In this document: positions 1 through 5,958 of the stretch, one piece after another
How the letters are laid out: the number at the start of each line of letters is the position of its first letter
How positions within the stretch are numbered: the stretch's first letter is position 1
Assembly (NCBI GenBank): GCA_037445915.1
Contig: JBBIJQ010000030.1
Coordinates: forward strand, 13,374 to 23,777
Length of the DNA stretch: 10,404 nucleotides
Source of the DNA: Planctomycetales bacterium
GTDB lineage: Bacteria > 4484-113
Reading direction: 5' to 3'
Notes under the pieces: model-generated
Seen by the model: only the letters and a program-made list of their open reading frames with translations
Databases searched by the model: none
What the model was told of the DNA's origin: nothing
Translations under genes and position numbers: made by a program

Positions 1-845
1 AAGTCCCAGGCGTAGGTGAACGGCTGCGCGCCTGCAATCACCGCGCTGAACGCAACGCCTGTTCCTGTGACTCCTTCTGTCGGCGATACTGATGCTACTA
101 CCGGCGGCGCACCAACAACATTGCCCTCAACCCCCTCCGCGCCTTCGCTGTCTACCGGAACCACCCGGTAATAGGCGTATGCGAGCGCGGGCAGGATTAC
201 GCTAAATAGCAGCCGGCCGTTTGCCTCCGCTTCCGCAAAGACAACCTCTGCGTCCGTCGTCCACGGGCCGGCGGAGCCATCAGCGCCCTGCACACGGTAG
301 CCCGCGCAGTCAGCCATGAAGTTCATCGCCAAGGGCGTTACGTCTTCTATCCCCACGCTGCGGTTGCCGCTGCCGTCCACCACCGCGGGCAGCGTATTCT
401 CTTCGCCGTCCGCCCAGCCAGCACCGTAGTGCATCGCCAGCGGCGTAATATCAGCTATGTTCGCTACCCCGTCCTGGTCGTAGTCGCCCGCATTGCGGTA
501 GCGCCAGGTTAGTGAATATGTCCCGTCGCCGTTGTCCGCCAGCGCAAGGTCGGTGACTGCGCTGGCCGCGCCCATTGGCGGCTTGGAGGTGAACTTGTTT
601 ACCCCTTGCGCGCGAAGCTGCCGCACAAGCTCGTCTTTTATCCGCTGGAACAGCGCCGCGTCAACGCCCGCAGGCGACTCCAGCGCTTCAAGCTGCGCCA
701 GCGCGCCGTCAAGCGCCACTGAGCTTGCGGGGGCTGTTTTCAGCGTGTATTTCGCGCCGTTTCCGCCACAGGCGCTAACAAGCAACGCGATTGCGAAAAT
801 TGCCAGCGCGATATGCGCGCGGCCAGTAATGTAGCTAAAGCTCAT
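1..845 (-). CDS. Lipoprotein with dockerin-like domain inside an FN3-like region, followed by a PKD-like domain (3' end runs off the window)
   Basis: Hand translation from ATG 845 is open to position 1: MSFSYITGRAHIALAIFAIALLVSA-CGGNG... (lipobox), ...YSLTWRYRNAGDYDQDGVANIADITPLAMHYG...VDGSGNRSVGIEDVTPLAMNF...GYRVQG...YYRVVPVD...PPVVASVSPTEG...PFTYAWDF. SD AGGAGGG at 858-852. Missing from the ORF track because no stop codon lies in the window. Confidence 0.85.
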   Translation of the reverse strand, partial: MSFSYITGRAHIALAIFAIALLVSACGGNGAKYTLKTAPASSVALDGALAQLEALESPAGVDAALFQRIKDELVRQLRAQGVNKFTSKPPMGAASAVTDLALADNGDGTYSLTWRYRNAGDYDQDGVANIADITPLAMHYGAGWADGEENTLPAVVDGSGNRSVGIEDVTPLAMNFMADCAGYRVQGADGSAGPWTTDAEVVFAEAEANGRLLFSVILPALAYAYYRVVPVDSEGAEGVEGNVVGAPPVVASVSPTEGVTGTGVAFSAVIAGAQPFTYAWD

Positions 846-900
846 CACATTCCCTCCTGCCGCCGGGAAGGTTTCCTTCCGCGCCCCGCGCGGCGCAGCA

Positions 901-909
901 ATTATAACA
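901..909 (-). promoter_or_regulatory. Extended -10 promoter (TGTTATAAT) for the lipoprotein gene
   Basis: Reverse complement of 901-909 is TGTTATAAT, a perfect TGnTATAAT about 55 nt upstream of ATG 845, with AT-rich DNA upstream. Confidence 0.6.
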
Positions 910-1011
910 TAAGTTAAAACAAATCAAAGGTTATCGTATGGGTTCGCAGCTATAGACGCGGCGGGGCAGGTGCGCACCTGTTTCGCAACGCATACATCCT
1001 GTAGAACGGCC

Positions 1012-1031
1012 GGCAGCGAGGCGCCGCCTAC
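1012..1031 (-). repeat. REP-like element (GTAG + hairpin)
   Basis: Minus strand reads GTAG-GCGGCG-CCT-CGCTGC-C, the same GTAG+stem architecture as the other intergenic elements. Confidence 0.4.
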
Positions 1032-1095
1032 GCGGGGTGTCTCGTATAGCTATTCCCGAACTACGAGCCCGCAACTCTCAACTCCCTTCCCCCCC

Positions 1096-1104
1096 TGCTA
1101 TAAT
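1096..1104 (+). promoter_or_regulatory. Extended -10 promoter (TGCTATAAT) for cysS
   Basis: Perfect TGnTATAAT 13 nt upstream of ATG 1118, with no SD sequence in between. Confidence 0.6.
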
Positions 1105-1117
1105 CCCAATGGCAAAG

Positions 1118-2572
1118 ATGGCGCTCCAAATTTACAACACGATGACGCGCAAGAAGGAGGAATTCGTCCCCCTCAAGCGCAACTTTGTGCAGCTTTACAC
1201 CTGCGGCCTGACGGTGTACGACTTCATGCACATCGGGCACGCGCGCACGTACCTGTTCTGGGACGTGGTGCGCCGCTACCTCACGCACCGTGGCTATGAC
1301 GTTTACGCCATCATCAACAACACCGACATTGACGACAAGAACATCTCGCGCGCCAATGAGCTGGGCGTTTCCTACAAGTTAACCGGCGAGTTCTTCACCC
1401 GCGCGTTCTACGACGACATGCGCGCATTGGGAATCCGCCCCTATGCGCTGGACTGTACTGCCAGCGACTATATCCCCGAGATGATTGACACGGTGAAGCG
1501 CATCGTGACAAACGGCTATGGTTACGAAGTTGACGGAGACGTGTTTTTTTCCGTGGAGAAGTTCAGCGGCTACGGCAAACTATCGGGCCACCGCTTGGAA
1601 GACCTGGCCGCCGGCAGCCGCGTGGAAGTTGACGGGCGCAAGCGCCATCCCGCCGACTTCGCTTTATGGAAAGCCGCCAAGCCCGGCGAGCCTTCTTGGG
1701 AAAGCCCCTGGGGCGCAGGGCGGCCTGGGTGGCATATGGAATGCTCGTCCATGGCGTTCCACTTCTTCGGCGGAACCTACGACATCAAGGGCGGCGCGGT
1801 GGATAATATGTTCCCGCACCACGAAAACGAAATAGCGCAGACCTTCGCCGCCTACGGCACCCCGCTGGCGAAATACTACATGCACCCCGAGCACTTCCTC
1901 GTGGAAGGCACGAAGATGAGCAAGTCGCTGGGCAATTTCGTAACCACTCGCCAGATGCTCAAGGACTGGTCGCCCGCAGAGCTGCGCCTGTATTTCCTGG
2001 GAACGCATTACCGCGCGCAGATGAACCTGACGAGCGACGGCCTGAGCGCCAGCCGCGCGGCCTGGGAGCGCTTCCGCCAGTTCCGTAACGTCGCAAGAGA
2101 TGCCCTCAAGAGGGCTGGAGCGGTTGAATTGTCGGTCACGGATCTTGCCAAAGCTGCCCTTGACTCGCCGTGGAGCAAGCTGGCGCAGGCCGCGCAAGAT
2201 TCCTTCGCCGCCGCGATGGACGACGACTTCAACACCCCGCGCGCTTTGGCTGCGCTGCAGGAGTTCATGACCGAAGCCTTCAAGCTGGGGATGGACAACT
2301 TGGCAGACGCACCCGGGCTCGCCGTCGCGCTCAGAAGATTTGAAGACATGGCGGATGTGCTGGGGCTGGACGAGCCGTCCAGCTTGACTAGCGCAGGGCT
2401 TCAAGGCGATAATAGTATCTTTGCAGGCTTGGTAGAATCTCTCATTGCGCGCAGGAACAAGGCGCGCGCCGATAAAGATTTCGCTATGGCCGACCTAATC
2501 AGGGACTTGCTGCGTGAAGGAGGCGTTGTTATTGAAGACGCTGTTTCCGGCACGCGTTGGATGGTTGAGTAA
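1118..2572 (+). CDS. cysS: Cysteine--tRNA ligase
   Basis: Typical N-terminus LQIYNTMTRKKEEF; YTCGLTVYD, HIGH, TDIDDK, DFALWK, WGAGRPGWHMECS, FPHHENEIAQ, KMSKSLGN, DDFNTP and the C-terminal RA.KDF..AD.IRD.L anticodon-binding helices. Start is probably 1118 (or 1109), not 1037. Confidence 0.98.
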   Translation: MALQIYNTMTRKKEEFVPLKRNFVQLYTCGLTVYDFMHIGHARTYLFWDVVRRYLTHRGYDVYAIINNTDIDDKNISRANELGVSYKLTGEFFTRAFYDDMRALGIRPYALDCTASDYIPEMIDTVKRIVTNGYGYEVDGDVFFSVEKFSGYGKLSGHRLEDLAAGSRVEVDGRKRHPADFALWKAAKPGEPSWESPWGAGRPGWHMECSSMAFHFFGGTYDIKGGAVDNMFPHHENEIAQTFAAYGTPLAKYYMHPEHFLVEGTKMSKSLGNFVTTRQMLKDWSPAELRLYFLGTHYRAQMNLTSDGLSASRAAWERFRQFRNVARDALKRAGAVELSVTDLAKAALDSPWSKLAQAAQDSFAAAMDDDFNTPRALAALQEFMTEAFKLGMDNLADAPGLAVALRRFEDMADVLGLDEPSSLTSAGLQGDNSIFAGLVESLIARRNKARADKDFAMADLIRDLLREGGVVIEDAVSGTRWMVE

Positions 2573-2589
2573 CTTGTCCGGTGGGAAGC

Positions 2590-2943
2590 ATGATCAACTA
2601 CTACAAGACTAAAGGTGTCTTTGTCCTGGAACTCTCAAATGAGATAACGCTAACCACGCTCGCCGACATCCGCAGCCGGATTGACGGCCTCAACCTGCCG
2701 CAGTACCCGAAAGTCGCTATTGACCTTTCGCACGTCTCCTTCTTTGACAGCTCGGGAATGGGCTACCTCGTCATCCTCATCAAGAATGTGAAGCTGGCTC
2801 AAGGCGCAATAGCGCTTGCCGCGCCTAAGCCGATGGTGCGCAAGCTTCTTGCCGCAATCAAAGTTGATAAGTTCGTTAACATCTACGACACGGTTGAAGA
2901 CGCGCTAAACGCGCTGACTGACGAAATCGCGCCGCAGGAATAG
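2590..2943 (+). CDS. STAS-domain anti-sigma factor antagonist (SpoIIAA/RsbV family)
   Basis: About 117 aa with IDLSHVSFFDSSGMGYLV (phosphorylatable DSSG serine) and C-terminal IYDTVEDAL. Starts 17 nt after cysS; alternative start GTG 2581. Confidence 0.93.
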   Translation: MINYYKTKGVFVLELSNEITLTTLADIRSRIDGLNLPQYPKVAIDLSHVSFFDSSGMGYLVILIKNVKLAQGAIALAAPKPMVRKLLAAIKVDKFVNIYDTVEDALNALTDEIAPQE

Positions 2944-2970
2944 CCCCAGCGCTTACTGCGCCGCTTTTCG

Positions 2971-3900
2971 CTAGAAGAACACTCCCTGGCCGTATTCCTT
3001 AGCGTCCATGCGCGGCCTGAAGCTAACCGACAGCACGTCTATTCCGCAATCGTCCAGGAACTTCAGCGCGTCGTCAAGCGTCGTTTTCACGCTTATTAGC
3101 AGCGCGTTTTCCAACACCGCAAGCAATTCCACATGCGCATTTTCCTGCTGCACGCGCGAATGGCGGTAGAAGTATTCGCCGCAGACGATGAGGACTTCCC
3201 TGGGCCCCGCCGCCGGCGCTTCATCCTCGCCCCTGCCGTCACCGCACTTCGCGATGGGGCGAAGCTCCCTTAGCTTGCCGCCCTCAAGGACGTAAATCCC
3301 GCTAAATGTATCCATAAAGCCGAAGTAGCGCGTGCTGGTCGCAAGCACAGTCCCGCCGCTCATGCGCTGCCAGCTTTGCAGGTTCGCCGCAACGCGCTCG
3401 CATCCAGCGAACGAGAAGCGCGAGAAATAGTCGTCAATGAAAATGTATTGTGGCATCAGCGACATCGCGCAAAGCAGCTCAAACTCAAGCAGCTCTCCTT
3501 GCGGCAGCGCTTCCACGCGCAGCTTGCGCATCTCCGCTTCAGCCCAGGGCAGCGTCAACCTCTCAACCATCTCGCTTGGCTTCTCGTCGCCGCCGCTCTG
3601 GCGCATCCTATAACCAAAGACGTTCCATAGCGTCCCGGCGTCTTCGGCCGACGCCTCGCGCCGCAGGTATTCCATGCGCGGGAGGTCGGGGCCGAAGAGC
3701 TTGTAAGCGGGAACCTTGCCGAGGTGGACTGAACCCGCTCGCGGCCTGCGCCTCCCCGCTATGACGTCAAGCAACACGCTCTTGCCTGCGCCGTTCGCGC
3801 CCAGGACGAGGTAAACCCCCGCTTCGGGAAGCTCCCAGTCCAAGCTGTCAAAGACGGTCTTAGCGCCGAAGGATACCGTTACGCCATGCAGCGTTATCAC
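2971..3900 (-). CDS. ABC-type ATP-binding protein with degenerate motifs and a C-terminal accessory domain
   Basis: ITLHGVTVSFG.K.VFD, Walker A GANGAGKS, signature-like LPQGE, Walker B-like YIFIDD, then IYVLEGG. Start GTG 3900 lies 6 nt after TATAAT. Confidence 0.85.
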   Translation of the reverse strand: MITLHGVTVSFGAKTVFDSLDWELPEAGVYLVLGANGAGKSVLLDVIAGRRRPRAGSVHLGKVPAYKLFGPDLPRMEYLRREASAEDAGTLWNVFGYRMRQSGGDEKPSEMVERLTLPWAEAEMRKLRVEALPQGELLEFELLCAMSLMPQYIFIDDYFSRFSFAGCERVAANLQSWQRMSGGTVLATSTRYFGFMDTFSGIYVLEGGKLRELRPIAKCGDGRGEDEAPAAGPREVLIVCGEYFYRHSRVQQENAHVELLAVLENALLISVKTTLDDALKFLDDCGIDVLSVSFRPRMDAKEYGQGVFF

Positions 3901-3906
3901 GCGAGG

Positions 3907-3915
3907 ATTATAACA
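3907..3915 (-). promoter_or_regulatory. Extended -10 promoter (TGTTATAAT), leaderless configuration
   Basis: Minus strand TGTTATAAT-cctcgc-GTG(3900). Confidence 0.6.
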
Positions 3916-3934
3916 TCGTGGGATAAATCCCCTT

Positions 3935-4126
3935 TCCGTAGGCCGGGCTGACCAGCCCGGCTTTGGTTCGTCTTGGTGGCACATGCGTCTCGCTTGTGCG
4001 CTTATAAAACAGCTGGGACGGCTGTGCCACCTTTTCAGAATCCAGATACCAGACGGCGAGGGATAAACCCTCGCCCTTCAGCCAGAGTTCAGATTCCTGA
4101 GCCGGGCTAAAGCCACGGCCTACGGA
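3935..4126. repeat. Nested REP/REPIN- or MITE-like cluster
   Basis: Terminal inverted repeat TCCGTAGGCCG (3935-3945 and 4116-4126), each end continuing into a GCCG..GGCT/AGCCCGGC hairpin. Inner inverted pair GGTGGCACA (3975-3983) / TGTGCCACC (4023-4031), each with its own hairpin. Additional hairpin GGCGAGGG-ATAAA-CCCTCGCC-CTTC at 4055-4079. Confidence 0.75.
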
Positions 4127-4140
4127 TGCGATTATTTACC

Positions 4141-4815
4141 CTACCTCAAATACACCGGCAGGTCGTCCGTCTTCGTGAAGCTGAAGTTGAAGCTGCCGGA
4201 GTTGAATCTGATGCCGGTGCGGGTCACGTAATTCTCCGGCTCAAAGTAAACTTCGCCAATGAGCCTGCCTCCGCTGTCAAAATACATCGCATATCCCTGA
4301 TAGGGGAATACCAGCGTGTAAAGCCCGCTGTCCCGGTTGTAGTAAACCTTATGCGGGTAAAGCGTGATACCGGTAATTTGGTCAATGTAAGTCGCGTATC
4401 GTCCCATCCTTGCCTGCGAATACACGTATATGCGCGAGACGACGGCGGTTAGTTCAAGGCCGTTGTCATCATATCTAGCCCTCCCGAACCTGCGGCTGCG
4501 CCTAAACTCAACATAAACTTCCTGCCGGTCACGGACGCCATCTGGATAATCAGTCCAGTGGTAGCAGAAAAAGCGGTTGTTGATCAACTCGTCGGGATAC
4601 CCGCGCGTCTGCAGCATCTCCTCAAGCGTCGTCGTGCCCGGCGTTATTCCGCTGTATATCTTCACGAGGCTTGGTTCGTAAACATAAGGCAGCGGGTAAT
4701 AGAAGTTCCAGCTATGCCCCTGCGAGCGCCTCACGCGGGCGTGCGCAGCCGGAGAAAACAGCGGAATACCCGCCGCAACCAGCGCGGCAACCAAAATTGC
4801 ATAGCGCAGCTTCAT
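4141..4815 (-). CDS. Secreted hypothetical protein, Tyr/aromatic-rich, possible SmpA/BamE-BLIP-like fold
   Basis: 224 aa; Sec signal MKLRYAILVAALVAAGIPLFSPAAHA; ITPGTTTLEEMLQTRGYPD resembles the I.PG.T..EV...LG.P motif; TATAAT 7 nt upstream of ATG. Confidence 0.8.
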   Translation of the reverse strand: MKLRYAILVAALVAAGIPLFSPAAHARVRRSQGHSWNFYYPLPYVYEPSLVKIYSGITPGTTTLEEMLQTRGYPDELINNRFFCYHWTDYPDGVRDRQEVYVEFRRSRRFGRARYDDNGLELTAVVSRIYVYSQARMGRYATYIDQITGITLYPHKVYYNRDSGLYTLVFPYQGYAMYFDSGGRLIGEVYFEPENYVTRTGIRFNSGSFNFSFTKTDDLPVYLR

Positions 4816-4822
4816 CTCCCTT

Positions 4823-4851
4823 ATTATACCTTCGTTCAGGCGTGATAAACT
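4823..4851. promoter_or_regulatory. Back-to-back divergent -10 elements
   Basis: Minus strand TATAAT at 4828-4823 (7 nt before ATG 4815); plus strand TGATAAACT at 4843-4851 (8 nt before GTG 4860). Confidence 0.45.
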
Positions 4852-4859
4852 CTAGACCT

Positions 4860-5936
4860 GTGAAGGTCGCACTTGACGGCCAGGCGCTCGTGGGAGGCGC
4901 GCCCACCGGCTTCGGCGTTTACGCCCAGCTTGTGGCAGCGGCGCTGGAAGACATCGCGCGCGCCGACCTTTCATTCAATTACCACATCGCCTACCCCGAG
5001 CCGCGCGACAAGCCGCTGGCCGCCGTTTGGCAGCGCGTGCTTTGGGAGCAACTGCGCCTTCCCCTGCAACTACGCGGCGAAGACAAGCCTGATTTGCTGC
5101 ACGTTCCCTGCCTAGGCGCCGCGCTTATCGCGCCTGCGAAGATAGTCTGCACCATCCACGACCTTATCTCTTGCCATGAGCCGCCGTCGGGATGGTTCGC
5201 GCAGCGTTATTTTGTGGAGATGATTCCTGCGGGGTGGCGCAAGGCTGTGCTGCTCATCACCGATACTGAAACGGTCAAGCTTGAAGTGCAGGAGTTCCTG
5301 GGCATCCCGCGAAGCCGCATAATGAGCATTCCGCTTTATTCGCGCTTTGAGGGAAAAGCGCCTGCGCAGCGCACTCCGACTTCACGCCCCACATTCCTTC
5401 TCGCGGGGACGATGGAGCCAAGAAAGGGCTACGCCACCGCCATCGGCGCGTTGGCGAAGCTCCCCGGAAGCCTGCGCGCTGATGCGAGATTGCTCATCAG
5501 CGGAAAGCGCACGCCGCACACGACCGAGCTGATGCTTCTCGCGCAGCAACTCGGCGTCGCGGCGAACATTGATATTGCGGGCTACAACGAAAGCCTGGAC
5601 GCGCTATACCTCAAGGCGACCGCGCTTGTCTTCCCCAGCACAGCCGAGGGCTTCGGCTTGCCGCCGCTTGAAGCGATGAGCCTGGGCGTTCCCGCGCTCA
5701 TCAGCGACATTCCAGTGCTGCGCGAAGTTTACGGCGAGGCGCAGGGCGTCGCGAATCCCGCTATGTTCCCGCTGGGAGATGAAGATGCGCTGGCGGAGCT
5801 TATGCGCATGTGCATTGAAGACGCGACCTTCGGCGAAAAACTAGCGTTATTCAGCGCAGCCGCCGCGCAAACATACACTCGCGCGCGTTTCGCTGAAGGC
5901 CTGCGCGCAGCATACGATTTGGCGGTGAAGTCATGA
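4860..5936 (+). CDS. Glycosyltransferase family 4 (GT-B, retaining)
   Basis: MKVALDG...PTGFGVY, VCTIHDL, GTMEPRKG, FPSTAEGFGLPPLEAMSLGVPALISD (EX7E motif). Start GTG 4860 (or 4842); the 4671 start would overlap the divergent gene. Confidence 0.93.
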   Translation: MKVALDGQALVGGAPTGFGVYAQLVAAALEDIARADLSFNYHIAYPEPRDKPLAAVWQRVLWEQLRLPLQLRGEDKPDLLHVPCLGAALIAPAKIVCTIHDLISCHEPPSGWFAQRYFVEMIPAGWRKAVLLITDTETVKLEVQEFLGIPRSRIMSIPLYSRFEGKAPAQRTPTSRPTFLLAGTMEPRKGYATAIGALAKLPGSLRADARLLISGKRTPHTTELMLLAQQLGVAANIDIAGYNESLDALYLKATALVFPSTAEGFGLPPLEAMSLGVPALISDIPVLREVYGEAQGVANPAMFPLGDEDALAELMRMCIEDATFGEKLALFSAAAAQTYTRARFAEGLRAAYDLAVKS

Positions 5937-5958
5937 TTGCAGGATTGGTGGCAAGACT

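Noticed and set aside
532..834. Plus-strand 100-aa ORF
   Set aside because: Antisense shadow of the minus-strand lipoprotein, which has an SD, promoter, lipobox and recognisable domains.
960..985. GCAGGTGCGCACC resembles the E. coli fdhF SECIS loop region
   Set aside because: It is intergenic, with no in-frame UGA-containing ORF upstream.
846..1117. T-box riboswitch upstream of cysS
   Set aside because: No GGTGGNACCGCG T-box motif or terminator, and the cysS -10 box sits next to the start codon, leaving no long leader.
1037..1117. N-terminal extension of cysS in the ORF track
   Set aside because: It spans the promoter and heptamer region; family similarity begins at M-A-L-Q-I-Y-N.
1664..2404. 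Long antisense ORF (246 aa) and other nested ORFs within cysS, the ABC gene and the ligase (e.g. 6388-7005)
   Set aside because: Expected shadows of high-GC coding sequence; no motifs, SDs or promoters.
3901..3984. N-terminal extension of the ABC ATPase
   Set aside because: It runs through REP-like hairpins and the -10 box; the NBD fold starts at GTG 3900.
4671..4859. N-terminal extension of the glycosyltransferase
   Set aside because: It overlaps the divergent secreted-protein gene; the GT4 N-terminus begins at MKVALDG.
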